Origin: Pseudomonadota bacterium
GTDB taxonomy: Bacteria; Pseudomonadota; Alphaproteobacteria; Paracaedibacterales; CAITNM01
Direction: 5' to 3'
DNA length: 64,000 nucleotides
NCBI GenBank assembly: GCA_018062345.1
Contig: JAGOSL010000002.1
Span: forward strand, 130,192 to 194,191
Part shown: in pieces, positions 50,155-59,846 of the stretch
Position numbering within the stretch: the stretch's first letter is position 1
How the letters are laid out: the number at the start of each line of letters is the position of its first letter
The notes under the pieces: generated by a model
What the model was told of the DNA's origin: nothing
Databases searched by the model: none
What the model saw: the letters and a program-made list of their open reading frames with translations, nothing else
Position numbers and translations under genes: made by a program

Positions 50155-51659
50155 AACAATGATTTTCCTGACATTTCTTTGGGTTTAGGGATATCCATAA
50201 TATCGAGAATTGTTGGTGCAATATCTGCCAAGGACCCAGTATTGAGATTTAAAAAATCACTGTTTATCAATACAAAAGGTACGGGATTACGAGTGTGTGC
50301 TGTATGAGGGGTTACTTTATCATGCGCTCTCATACACTCTGCGTTACCATGATCAGCAGTTATGATAAGTAGCCAATTATTTTGTATGGCTTTTTCTTCT
50401 AAAGTTTTTATACACGCATCGACACAGCCCACTGCTTTGTTGACAGCATCTATCATTCCAGTATGACCTACCATATCTGCATTAGCATAATTGACAACAA
50501 TTAGATTCAGATCTTGTCGTTCCATTGCGATTGTTACAGCTTGGGTGACTTCGTGAGCAGACATTTCTGGTTGGTGGTTATAGGTAGAAACTTTTGGAGA
50601 GGGAATCATTATTCTTTCTTCATTTGGAAATGGATATTCTTGTCCGCCATTTAGAAAGAATGTCACGTGAGCATATTTTTCAGTTTCAGCGACACGTAGT
50701 TGTTTTAATCCAAGATTTGAAATGACTTCTCCTAGGCTATGATTAATAGGATCTTTTGAAAATATTGATGGAATTAAAGGTGTAAGATCTTGAGCGTATT
50801 CATTCATTGCTAAGGTAGGGCCAAAATGAATGGTTTTCTCACGTTTGAATTGATCAAAATTTGCAACCAAAAAGCTACGCAAAATTTGTCGCACTCGATC
50901 TGATCTAAAATTAATCATCCATAGCCCATCTCCATCTTGCATGCCTTTGTACCCTTCTGAGGCAGTAGGTACTATAAACTCATCGGTGATGCCTTTTTCA
51001 TAATTATTCATGATGAGCTGAAAAGTACTTGAAAATTTAGGCGCATTCCCTTCTATGATTGCTTTGTAGGCAAGCTCAATTCTATCCCAACGGTTATCTC
51101 TATCCATTGAAAAATATCGACCACTTAAAGAGGATAAATGGATATTGGGATGTTCTTTTATTGCATCTGAAAATTCTTGTACGTAGTTTTCAGCGCTTTT
51201 AGGAGGAGTGTCGCGTCCATCTAAGAATCCATGCACATGAACATTAATACCAGATTCGCTTAAAAATTTTGCTGTGGAGATAATATGATTTATATGAGAA
51301 TGCACCCCGCCAGGAGATAGCAATCCCATAATGTGGCAAGATTTTTTAGTTTTTCTTAAGTGGTCTACAGCTTTTTGGATGAGGACGTTTTTTTTAAATA
51401 ATCCTTTGGATATTGCTTGATCAATTTTGGGTAGATCTTGCATTAGTACGCGTCCAAGACCAATGGTCATGTGCCCTACTTCGCTATTGCCCATTTGTCC
51501 GTCAGGCAGCCCAACATAATGATCAGAAGCTTGTAGCTGAGTATGTGGATATTTTTGTAGGATGGCAGCCCAATTCTTGGCGCTATTAATAGCATTGAAT
51601 GAATCTTGTGATCCTATTCCCCATCCATCAAGAATACATAAAACGACTTTTTTGTTCAC
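50148..51659 (-). CDS. gpmI: 2,3-bisphosphoglycerate-independent phosphoglycerate mutase
   Basis: ILDGWG, GNSEVGHMTIG, ADHGNAE. 503 aa. Confidence 0.93.
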   Translation of the reverse strand: MNKKVVLCILDGWGIGSQDSFNAINSAKNWAAILQKYPHTQLQASDHYVGLPDGQMGNSEVGHMTIGLGRVLMQDLPKIDQAISKGLFKKNVLIQKAVDHLRKTKKSCHIMGLLSPGGVHSHINHIISTAKFLSESGINVHVHGFLDGRDTPPKSAENYVQEFSDAIKEHPNIHLSSLSGRYFSMDRDNRWDRIELAYKAIIEGNAPKFSSTFQLIMNNYEKGITDEFIVPTASEGYKGMQDGDGLWMINFRSDRVRQILRSFLVANFDQFKREKTIHFGPTLAMNEYAQDLTPLIPSIFSKDPINHSLGEVISNLGLKQLRVAETEKYAHVTFFLNGGQEYPFPNEERIMIPSPKVSTYNHQPEMSAHEVTQAVTIAMERQDLNLIVVNYANADMVGHTGMIDAVNKAVGCVDACIKTLEEKAIQNNWLLIITADHGNAECMRAHDKVTPHTAHTRNPVPFVLINSDFLNLNTGSLADIAPTILDIMDIPKPKEMSGKSLLC

Positions 51660-51758
51660 TGACGAATACAGCCTTACTCAAATTTTCTGTAGCTTGATTT
51701 TAGCCTGATTTTATCTTCTAATGCTAATGAATCTGGTTTTAATTTTTTAGGAGATGTT

Positions 51759-52196
51759 ATGAACATTATGATGATTCGTCTATTATCAGCTATTAGCTTG
51801 GCTGTTATAGCAATTTTGGGAATTGATCTTTCCGCGGCGTCTTCAGAAACATCAGCAGTTACAGTGCCTGCTGCGGTGATTGCCGAGAAAACAATGGAAG
51901 AAGTTGAAAGCATGCTTGGAAAAGCCACGATTATAGATGCTCGTGGTCAGGGTGCAACTGCCATAAAAGGGGCAAAATTTCTTGCGGCAGATGCCAAAGA
52001 TTCAGAAATTCAGGAGTTGTTAGCTGATAAAACATCAATGGTTATTGTGTATTGCGGAAATGTTAAATGTCCGGCAAGCATGACATTAGCAGAGCGTCTT
52101 GTTGGCTTGGGTTATACAAATATTTCTCATTATGCAGGGGGAATTGCTGAATGGGAAGAAAACCAGAAGCCAGTTGATGAGCATAAACCTAGGTAA
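51759..52196 (+). CDS. periplasmic rhodanese-domain protein
   Basis: Signal peptide, then rhodanese fold with active-site loop VYCGNVKCPAS and YAGGIAEWEE. Confidence 0.75.
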   Translation: MNIMMIRLLSAISLAVIAILGIDLSAASSETSAVTVPAAVIAEKTMEEVESMLGKATIIDARGQGATAIKGAKFLAADAKDSEIQELLADKTSMVIVYCGNVKCPASMTLAERLVGLGYTNISHYAGGIAEWEENQKPVDEHKPR

Positions 52197-52217
52197 TAAA
52201 TTAAAACTCACAAACAG

Positions 52218-52246
52218 AGCAGCTGAGTTTTTCAGCTGCTTTTTTT
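52218..52246 (+). terminator. rho-independent terminator after the rhodanese gene
   Basis: AGCAGCTGA-gtttt-TCAGCTGCT followed by TTTTTT. Confidence 0.7.
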
Positions 52247-52261
52247 ACAAGAGAAGTTAGC

Positions 52262-52915
52262 ATGAATAGTCCAATTGAGATGGAAAAAAAATTCCAAGTT
52301 TTGCAAAGTGATTTAGAAGGATTTTTAAGAAATAAGCGTTTCATTTCTTCAAAGACAGTTGTTGATGAGTATTTAGATACATCTGATGGGTTATTTTATC
52401 AGGATGGAATTTTTATAAGAGTTCGAAATAACATAACTCTAGATTTTAAATTTAATCCCGATCATTTGGGAATAGCGGATGTCAATGATTATGTGGTATG
52501 TCATGAGTACAACGTTCCATTACCTTTTCAGATTGAAACGTTTCATGTTTTTGAGGCTTTGGAAAAAATGATTCCTATTAAATGTCCTCATCCTTATACA
52601 TATGAAAAATTTTTAGAAGAAAATGATTTGCGGACTCTTTTGATTTTAAATAAAAATCGCACTACTTATGAAGATGACACTTTCGTTATAGCTGTGGATG
52701 AATTTGCTGATTTTGGAGTATTTCTGGAGCTAGAAGCAAAAAATAATAACATGTCGCAAGAAAGGTTTCTGAAGGAAATTGCAAAAGTAACTGAGGGTAT
52801 GGCAGTGAAAGAATTTAATTCTGGTTATATTGAGCTTCGTTTGCGCCAGCTTAACGAGTCTTTGTATTTGAAGGGGAAATACCTTATAAATCCGGAACTT
52901 GAAATAGCTGCCTAA
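52262..52915 (+). CDS. CYTH-domain protein (class IV adenylate cyclase / triphosphatase family)
   Basis: N-terminal ExExK motif (IEMEKKF). FIRVR and later acidic strands (FLELEA) are typical of the CYTH tunnel fold. Confidence 0.65.
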   Translation: MNSPIEMEKKFQVLQSDLEGFLRNKRFISSKTVVDEYLDTSDGLFYQDGIFIRVRNNITLDFKFNPDHLGIADVNDYVVCHEYNVPLPFQIETFHVFEALEKMIPIKCPHPYTYEKFLEENDLRTLLILNKNRTTYEDDTFVIAVDEFADFGVFLELEAKNNNMSQERFLKEIAKVTEGMAVKEFNSGYIELRLRQLNESLYLKGKYLINPELEIAA

Positions 52916-54087
52916 TGGTTCATTGCGATGTTGTAGTAATTGGTGGTGGGGCGGCTGGGCTTATGGCGGCCGCAACTGCAGGTAAACGCGGTCGAAAGGT
53001 TATACTTATTGAGCATACTGAGAAGATTGGCGAAAAAATTCGCATCTCTGGTGGTGGACGTTGCAATTTTACGAATCTATTTGCATCACCTAAAAATTAT
53101 ATTTGTGCGAACAAGCACTTTGTTAAGTCGGCATTAGCTTGTTACACACAGCATGATTTTATTAAGCTCGTGGAAACATATGGTATTGCTTATCATGAAA
53201 AGACTTTAGGGCAATTGTTTTGTGATGGGTCTTCTAAGCAAATTGTTAGCATGATGCTAAGTGAGTGTCAGATTGGACAAGTAGATGTGCGGCTTAATTG
53301 TTCTGTGAAATCAATTGAAAAAAATGATCGATTTATTTTAAGCACAACAACAGGTGTGATTGATACAGCATCGATTGTAATTGCAACAGGTGGACTTTCT
53401 ATTCCACAGATTGGTGCTTCTGATTTTGGTTATAAAATTGCCCGACAATTTGGCATTAAAGTTTTAGCAACAAAGCCTGCTTTGGTTCCATTAAGAGTCG
53501 ATAATGCAAAGCTTGCAATGTGCACAAAACTTAGTGGTGTTTCGCAAGATTCATTAGTCACCCATAAAGGGGCGCAGTTTAGAGAGAATATTTTATTTAC
53601 GCACCGTGGATTAAGTGGCCCTGCGATTTTGCAAATTTCATCGTATTTAGAAAAATTCTCACAAACAGAAATCCTGATTAATCTGTTACCTGATATGGAT
53701 TTAAAACAAGAATTCATAATGCATAAGAATAGTAAGCAAACAGTTGCGAATTTTTTGAAAAATTATTTACCAAGCCGTTTGGTTGAAGCGATAGCAACTT
53801 CAGATTTTGATCGAAGCATTACAGATCTTAAAAATAGTGTCTTGTTAAATATTGCTGATTCACTTCATCAGTTTAGAACGCCAATTAATGGAAGCGAGGG
53901 CTATCAAAAAGCAGAAGTGACGCTAGGTGGCATTGATACAGATGAACTATCTTCCAAAACAATGGAAAGCAAAAAGGTTCCTGGATTATTTTTTACGGGA
54001 GAAGCTGTTGATGTGACGGGATGGCTTGGTGGATATAATTTTCAATGGGCTTGGTCATCAGGGTATGTTGCTGGGCAACATTGCTAG
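52915..54087 (+). CDS. FAD-dependent oxidoreductase, HI0933/YhiN (BaiN-like) family
   Basis: VVVIGGGAAGLMAA...KIRISGGGRCNFTN...GEAVDVTGWLGGYNFQWAWSSG. Confidence 0.85.
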   Translation: MVHCDVVVIGGGAAGLMAAATAGKRGRKVILIEHTEKIGEKIRISGGGRCNFTNLFASPKNYICANKHFVKSALACYTQHDFIKLVETYGIAYHEKTLGQLFCDGSSKQIVSMMLSECQIGQVDVRLNCSVKSIEKNDRFILSTTTGVIDTASIVIATGGLSIPQIGASDFGYKIARQFGIKVLATKPALVPLRVDNAKLAMCTKLSGVSQDSLVTHKGAQFRENILFTHRGLSGPAILQISSYLEKFSQTEILINLLPDMDLKQEFIMHKNSKQTVANFLKNYLPSRLVEAIATSDFDRSITDLKNSVLLNIADSLHQFRTPINGSEGYQKAEVTLGGIDTDELSSKTMESKKVPGLFFTGEAVDVTGWLGGYNFQWAWSSGYVAGQHC

Positions 54088-54168
54088 AGTTCTTTGTTGC
54101 AAAGCATTGAAAAATTAAAACAAATCATTATATATTGATCATTAAAATTAATTTATGGAAATTTATAG

Positions 54169-55569
54169 ATGAGATTGATGGCTTTATTAACATTTATTTT
54201 TGTATGGTCTGTACAAGTTTATTCAATGGAAGTTCGTGATCCTTTTGAGTGTTTACCTGGAGCAAGACCTTTTGCAGGAATTAAAATTAAAGGCGAAGCT
54301 GCTGAACAACTTATGAGAAATTTTGAAGAATTTCGAACAACACGAAAAAATCAAAGGAACAAAATAAATGAGTTTAAATCTATTGAAACAGTTGCTGCTG
54401 AAATTATAGAAACACCTTCTCACGTTGCTTGTGGTAATGATGTTCTTCAAGGAATTAGAGAGTGGGTTAGTAAGCCCGTTCATGCTGCAAGTGGAGCGAC
54501 TTGTGTGCCTGGTGAAGATAGAATTTTTTCCGTTGATTTTGATACACTTGCGAAGGTTTTAAGTATAAGAGCAAAAAAACCTGTTACAGCACAGGAACTA
54601 TCAGAGCTTGTAGAAGATACAAAAAATAAAAACAAGCAATATTCTATGCTAAGATTCTTTGCTCAAAAAGTTTTAAACTTTCCTCATTGTGAACTTGAGC
54701 AATTAAATTCTTGGCTGGTGGGTGGCAATAATGGAGCGGCAGCAATTCCTTCATCTAATAGATTGCTGAAATGCAATATTGATTTAGTATTCAAATTATT
54801 TAATGCAAGAGTTGACCGAGATATTGCAGACGAGTTCGGACATTTTGTTGAAGAATACAATGAAAAGGAAGATAGGATTTTCTTAAAGGAAGATTTTGAT
54901 GCATATACCACGGGGCCATCTGCACCTTCTTGCACCATGACATCTACATATGAAGAATTTTATGAAAATGGTGTGCAAACATCACGTATGGCTTTTCCAA
55001 AAGGGTACGATATATCCGTTGCACTGATGACTACGAAGAATGATTTTTTTGCAAACTTAACCACAGGAATTGATAATAGTCGTTATAGAATTTATGATTG
55101 TTTCTTGGTGGGGGCTCAATATTCTGGAGTTGAGATTTGTCATGCTGAATTCATGAATCATTCCAAAATAAATATTGAAAACGGCTTAATTTACCAAGAT
55201 GGAGAAGTATTGAATACAGGTGATACGGTTTGGGCTTTAAATGCACATAAAGAGCTGCGTATTTTCCCACAGAAAAAATCTAATATTTTAGGTGGCGCTC
55301 ATCATAGTTATCTTTTTCAAGAAGATAGTGTTGGCCTCCCAGCTGCTTGTGCTGGTCACATGGAAGTAAGAAATGGAAAAATTTCAAAAATTGATCGTTC
55401 GAGTGGTCATTATTCACCAGTAGAACTTCAGCTGCTTTTAGCAATATCATATTTCCACAAAATAGATATTATTGCTGATGATGTTATACTGAATGGGAGT
55501 GGGTACTCTACAGGCTACAGCACTTTAGCAGAAGCCTTATCTATAGCAAATATGATTGAACTGACTTGA
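54169..55569 (+). CDS. hypothetical secreted protein (candidate effector/toxin-like)
   Basis: Signal peptide MRLMALLTFIFVWSVQVYS. 466 aa. C-terminal block GGAHHSYLF...PAACAGHMEVRNGKISKIDRSSGHYSP looks like a conserved catalytic-type module that I cannot assign. Confidence 0.45.
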   Translation: MRLMALLTFIFVWSVQVYSMEVRDPFECLPGARPFAGIKIKGEAAEQLMRNFEEFRTTRKNQRNKINEFKSIETVAAEIIETPSHVACGNDVLQGIREWVSKPVHAASGATCVPGEDRIFSVDFDTLAKVLSIRAKKPVTAQELSELVEDTKNKNKQYSMLRFFAQKVLNFPHCELEQLNSWLVGGNNGAAAIPSSNRLLKCNIDLVFKLFNARVDRDIADEFGHFVEEYNEKEDRIFLKEDFDAYTTGPSAPSCTMTSTYEEFYENGVQTSRMAFPKGYDISVALMTTKNDFFANLTTGIDNSRYRIYDCFLVGAQYSGVEICHAEFMNHSKINIENGLIYQDGEVLNTGDTVWALNAHKELRIFPQKKSNILGGAHHSYLFQEDSVGLPAACAGHMEVRNGKISKIDRSSGHYSPVELQLLLAISYFHKIDIIADDVILNGSGYSTGYSTLAEALSIANMIELT

Positions 55570-55590
55570 AATAAAGCAATCACTGCGCAA

Positions 55591-55620
55591 AGGGTGGCTG
55601 TTTGACAGTCACTCTTTTTC
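55591..55620 (+). terminator. rho-independent terminator
   Basis: AGGGTGGCTGT-ttg-ACAGTCACTCT (11 bp including G-U pairs) followed by TTTT. Confidence 0.6.
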
Positions 55621-55637
55621 TATTTAAATTTAAAGAA

Positions 55638-55778
55638 CTTTTTGTGTTCGGGAATTCGGTTTAAATCCGAAGCTGTCCCTCGCAACTGTAAGTTGGGAGC
55701 GCACTTTATATACCACTGGAGTAATCTGGGAAGGTTAAGTGTTTGCTGTGAACAACGAGCCAGGAGACCGGCAAAAAG
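55638..55778 (+). promoter_or_regulatory. cobalamin (B12) riboswitch aptamer
   Basis: P1 CTTTTTG/CAAAAAG. Conserved core GGGAAttcGGTttAAATCCgaaGCTGTCCCtCGCAACTGTAAg. CCACTGGagtaatcTGGGAAGG. B12 box GAGCCAGGAGACCGGC. Lies about 90 nt upstream of btuB. Confidence 0.8.
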
Positions 55779-55869
55779 AGCGTCACTTTTTCTAGATTCG
55801 AGCGGTTGATCAAGAAGGGTAGCCTATGGGTGATGCGATTAATATTAACGCAACCTATAAGGGCAATTT

Positions 55870-57648
55870 ATGCGCTTGTTTTTTATTGTATTGGCGGCTT
55901 CATTGTCTGCTTCAACAGTTGTTTTGGAGCCGATTGTGATAAAAGCAAAAAAAGAAGCTCCAATTTCTGCTTGGCAATTTATTGAAACACTCACAACTGA
56001 TCACTTAACAACACTTGGTTTTGAGGAGCAGCAATTGAAAAATATTCCAGGCGTTAATACAACGACAACGGGTAATCCGGGGCAATTAACATCTATTAAG
56101 ATTCAAGGGGCAGATTCAAAATATGCAAAGGTGCTTTGGTCAGGTCTTAGTGTGACCGAAATGATGGTTGACGTATCCTTAATTCCTTTGTCTACCGGAA
56201 AGATTGAGATTGTAAAAGGTGTGCATTGCGCGGAATACGGAAATGGTGCAATAGGTGGTGTTGTCAATGTGCTTCCTTTTTTAATGCCAGATGAGCAAGA
56301 CGGAGGGGCAAAACTAAGCGTTGGTAATTATGCAAGATCTGCGCATCTTTGGTGGCGTCAAAAAATAAAGGATGGCTTTTCATTGCAGCAACATTTAGAG
56401 CGTGATGCTTTTCATGGAAAAAATACTATTCCAAAACGCTATCAAATAAAATATCCAACAGCAATGAATCCTGAAACACAAAAACAATATTTTTTAAACC
56501 AGCTTACTTTTGAGAATCATCATGTAAGAACATCTTTTCAAATAGGTCTTATTAAATCAGCCTCAACTGGTAGTAATATATCTCCGTTTCCTCCAGTTGT
56601 GCCTTACGATTCCAGATCAAAAAGGACGTTGCAAGTTTATGCGCTAGATCTGGAAAGTAAGGGCAAGCGGGTGAGTCCATACTTAAAGATGCTCAGCACT
56701 ATTATGCATTTTCAAGATTTTTCCCCTTATGGAGCGAGTGGAGGAACAGATAGAGGTGGTAGTGGAAAAGCAAAATTTGGCGTAAGGGTAAAAAGTAATT
56801 CAATGATCTTTGAGCCAATTGTTGAATATCATAACAATACATTCTCTCCTACGGGGGGAAAACAAATTAAGAATAGCGAATATGCTTTTGCGCAAGGTAT
56901 ACATGTGCAAAAAGGTACTCTTGAATGGAAGAATTGGGCGCGTGTTCAAAAAGCTGATCATTACAATTGTGTTTATGCGCTCAGTTCAAGCGTATTAAAA
57001 AAATACAGTGACACTGAATTTTCTGCTCATTTTGGAACAGGGTTTAATATACCTGATTTGTATATGTTGAATGATAAGAAATATGGTAGTAGGAACTTAA
57101 AACATGAATCCGCTTATGGTGGAAATTTGGGAATTTCTCAACAAACAACTTTAGGAACATTTAGTATCCTTATCTTTAAAACAGACTATAAACAGCAAAT
57201 AGTTTTCAAAAATAAACAATTCCAAAATATTAAAAATGCAAGACAGGAAGGTTTTGAAATAGGATGGAAAAAAAAGATTAACGGGGCATGGATGATCGAA
57301 TTATCTGGCATGTATGTAGATTCCGTGAGCTTGAACCCTAAAAAGCGACTTCTAAATGTTCCTAGAACTTCCGCAAATGTTAAAATTATTCATGAGCAAG
57401 ATGATCTAAAGGCAGGATTTGGTTGTCGCTATACAGGAACGCAAGTTCAACCACATTTCGAACAATACACAGTTGGAATTAAGCGAGGGGGGTATCCAAT
57501 TTTCTTTGGAGATATTCAATATAAATTTAAAGAACACGCAACATGGTTTTTAAATGTTGAAAATGCATTTAACAGGAAAACGGAAAATCCAATTGGATAC
57601 AGAAATCTGGGATTTCAAATTAATACAGGAGTTAATGTTACATGGTAA
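55870..57648 (+). CDS. btuB: TonB-dependent outer-membrane receptor, vitamin B12 type
   Basis: Signal peptide, TonB-box-like STVVLEPIVI, plug motifs (IEIVKGVHCAEYGNGAIGGVVNV), C-terminal barrel ending ...VNVTW. Preceded by a B12 riboswitch. Confidence 0.75.
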   Translation: MRLFFIVLAASLSASTVVLEPIVIKAKKEAPISAWQFIETLTTDHLTTLGFEEQQLKNIPGVNTTTTGNPGQLTSIKIQGADSKYAKVLWSGLSVTEMMVDVSLIPLSTGKIEIVKGVHCAEYGNGAIGGVVNVLPFLMPDEQDGGAKLSVGNYARSAHLWWRQKIKDGFSLQQHLERDAFHGKNTIPKRYQIKYPTAMNPETQKQYFLNQLTFENHHVRTSFQIGLIKSASTGSNISPFPPVVPYDSRSKRTLQVYALDLESKGKRVSPYLKMLSTIMHFQDFSPYGASGGTDRGGSGKAKFGVRVKSNSMIFEPIVEYHNNTFSPTGGKQIKNSEYAFAQGIHVQKGTLEWKNWARVQKADHYNCVYALSSSVLKKYSDTEFSAHFGTGFNIPDLYMLNDKKYGSRNLKHESAYGGNLGISQQTTLGTFSILIFKTDYKQQIVFKNKQFQNIKNARQEGFEIGWKKKINGAWMIELSGMYVDSVSLNPKKRLLNVPRTSANVKIIHEQDDLKAGFGCRYTGTQVQPHFEQYTVGIKRGGYPIFFGDIQYKFKEHATWFLNVENAFNRKTENPIGYRNLGFQINTGVNVTW

Positions 57649-58145
57649 AAATGCGTTTTTTACTAATTGGATCTGTTTTTTTTCATGGGTTGATTGCATT
57701 TTCTATTGGGCAGTATGTTTCATCTGAAAAATTAAAAACATCAAATAGTTTTCCAATTATTTTATTGAGTTCCACAAAAAAAAATGATGTGGAGATGGTA
57801 AGGAGTGGTTCTTCTAGAAAAGTTGCTCATTATCAAAATAAGAAAATGCCTAGTTCTAAAGAAAATAATATTGTGATGCAAACTTCTGATGCTTTGAAAG
57901 TTATTTACAATCCAGCTCCTGCTTACCCGGCTAATGCTAAAAGGAATGGTGAAGAGGGAATTTTTTCAGTGAAAATCATAGTTGGTATGAGTGGAAAAGT
58001 AGAGCATGTTGAGCTTGTGCCTATTAAAGGCAAAAAAGAATTTTTTGAAGAAGAATTATTACGCACCTTGAAAACTTGGCAATTCAAACCTCATGATAGA
58101 GAAATTTCGTTTGAGGTTCCTATTTCATTTCAATTGGAAGAGTAA
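57642..58145 (+). CDS. tonB: TonB-like energy transducer
   Basis: N-terminal TM anchor. C-terminal TonB_C motif PAPAYPANAKRNGEEGIFSVKIIVGMSGKVEHVELV...LKTWQFKP. Overlaps the btuB stop by 7 nt. Confidence 0.65.
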   Translation: MVKMRFLLIGSVFFHGLIAFSIGQYVSSEKLKTSNSFPIILLSSTKKNDVEMVRSGSSRKVAHYQNKKMPSSKENNIVMQTSDALKVIYNPAPAYPANAKRNGEEGIFSVKIIVGMSGKVEHVELVPIKGKKEFFEEELLRTLKTWQFKPHDREISFEVPISFQLEE

Positions 58146-58176
58146 ATTAAGTACAGTGATGAAAAGGAATGATAGA

Positions 58177-58668
58177 ATGAAAAAATATTTCATCATAGTT
58201 TGTCTTATCAGTGCGTGTTTTAGCGAAGAAATAACAAAACAAAATTCGGCAAATGATATTCAAATTAAGGCTGAGAACATGCAATATAACACATCGCGTA
58301 ATCAAGCAGATGCGAGTGGCAGTGCAATATTATCTTATATAGTAAATAACGAGCTTGTTACATTAAAAGCTGATAAACTACATGCAGAATTTGATAAATC
58401 CGGAAATTTAACAAGTGCAATAGCTGAAGGTGGTGTCGAAATTGACTACAAAGATACTAAGTTGCTTGCCACAAAATGCCTGCATGATTTCAATAAAAAT
58501 GTTGCTGTGTGTACCGGAGAAGATGTGCGGTTGTTGCAAGATAAAAATGAAGTGCACGGTACGCAGGCTACTCTTGACATTCAGACCCATGTTTTTACAA
58601 TGCAGACAGATTCGCAAGAGCAAGTTTCTTGTGTAGTCTATCCAAAAACAGAAGGGAGGAAAAAATAA
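58177..58668 (+). CDS. lptA: LPS transport periplasmic protein LptA (OstA-like)
   Basis: Signal peptide MKKYFIIVCLISACFS. The OstA-fold pattern IQIKAENMQYN...GSAIL...LKADKL...AEGGVEI fits an LptA-type protein directly upstream of lptB. Confidence 0.7.
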   Translation: MKKYFIIVCLISACFSEEITKQNSANDIQIKAENMQYNTSRNQADASGSAILSYIVNNELVTLKADKLHAEFDKSGNLTSAIAEGGVEIDYKDTKLLATKCLHDFNKNVAVCTGEDVRLLQDKNEVHGTQATLDIQTHVFTMQTDSQEQVSCVVYPKTEGRKK

Positions 58669-59387
58669 GAACGCTTAAAGCTCAAAAATTAACAAAAACG
58701 TTTCAAAAACGCATGGTGCTAAAGGGGATTGATATTTCCTTATCTACTGGTGAGATTGTTGGTTTGCTTGGTCCAAATGGCGCAGGAAAAACAACGTGCT
58801 TTTCTGTCATTACAGGATTAATTATGCCTGATTCTGGCAGTATTTTTCTGGATGAAAAAAATATTACAGACTTTCCTATGTATGAGCGAGCGCGATTGGG
58901 AGTTAGTTATTTACCACAAGATGCTTCAATTTTTCGTGGGCTTAATGTTCAGGATAATATTCTGGCAGCTCTTGAGCGGGTGGAATTGGACCCAGATCAT
59001 CAGCAGGAGCGATTGGAAGAATTGATGGATGAGTTTGGTATTACACATTTGAGAGAAGCGCCTGCTGTTGCTCTTTCTGGTGGCGAAAGGCGGCGTGTTG
59101 AAATTGCGCGTTCTCTTGCAATTAACCCTAGCTTTTTATTTTTAGACGAACCGCTAGCAGGTATTGACCCAATTGCAGTGCAAGATGTTAAAGATATTAT
59201 TACACGCTTAAAGAGTCATAATATAGGAGTCTTGATTACAGATCACAACGTTCGTGAAACATTAGATGTTATAGATAGAGCGTATATCATTGCAGAAGGT
59301 AAGGTGCTTACTGAAGGTGATTCGGCGCATATTATTAATCATCCGGATGTTAGGCGTGTGTATCTGGGTGAGAATTTTTCTTTGTAA
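58629..59387 (+). CDS. lptB: LPS export ABC transporter ATP-binding protein LptB
   Basis: Walker A GPNGAGKTT, signature LSGGERRRVEIAR, Walker B FLFLDEP. The start is uncertain: a TTG at 58629 that overlaps lptA. Confidence 0.88.
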   Translation: MCSLSKNRREEKIRTLKAQKLTKTFQKRMVLKGIDISLSTGEIVGLLGPNGAGKTTCFSVITGLIMPDSGSIFLDEKNITDFPMYERARLGVSYLPQDASIFRGLNVQDNILAALERVELDPDHQQERLEELMDEFGITHLREAPAVALSGGERRRVEIARSLAINPSFLFLDEPLAGIDPIAVQDVKDIITRLKSHNIGVLITDHNVRETLDVIDRAYIIAEGKVLTEGDSAHIINHPDVRRVYLGENFSL

Positions 59388-59846
59388 TTATAGAGATTAT
59401 TCATTTTTCAGTTGATGTATTGATCTGATTGCTTGGCGCAGTTCCTTTTTTCAAAATTTCTATTGAGGTACCTAAGTGCCTTTTCCATTTGTAAGATTTA
59501 TGTTAAATTTTAATAATTATACAGATAGGTACATCTTTTGATTTACTCTTGTAGAAGTTCCGATCAATTTCAGGAGCCATCTTTTGTAAGTGGGTGGTCT
59601 TTTCCTCTGAAAAAAAATACAGATGTGACGACATATGGAGTCTCTCCGGTTTTTCCCCAAATGCAAAAAGTTGCAAATAGAATTTCTGAGTGGCCAGCAC
59701 GTACTCATTCCCAATATATTTCCAGGCAAAATACATATAGACAATCTCAGGATTTTTCCAGGTTGGTGAGTGCTGTCTCTTACAAGGGATTAAACTCTAA
59801 AACTACTCTTTGGAAAGAGTTTAAACGTATCTATATTACCGAGGTA

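Noticed and set aside
51674-51928. 84-aa minus-strand ORF overlapping the rhodanese gene start
   Set aside because: It is a low-complexity shadow of the rhodanese signal-peptide region, with no RBS or motif support.
57642-58145. Possibility that the gene upstream of lptA is lptC
   Set aside because: The C-terminal domain has the TonB_C signature (YP..A...G.EG.V.V...V...G.V..V.V) rather than an OstA/LptC fold, so it was called TonB-like.
59503-59744. Two overlapping minus-strand ORFs (77 and 75 aa) and the long 5' part of track ORF 59538..60179, in the lptB-gltX spacer
   Set aside because: They are mutually exclusive frames with no motifs and atypical composition. The region may hold an sRNA or a decayed gene (rpoN/hpf are expected after lptB in many proteobacteria), but I could not recognise remnants.
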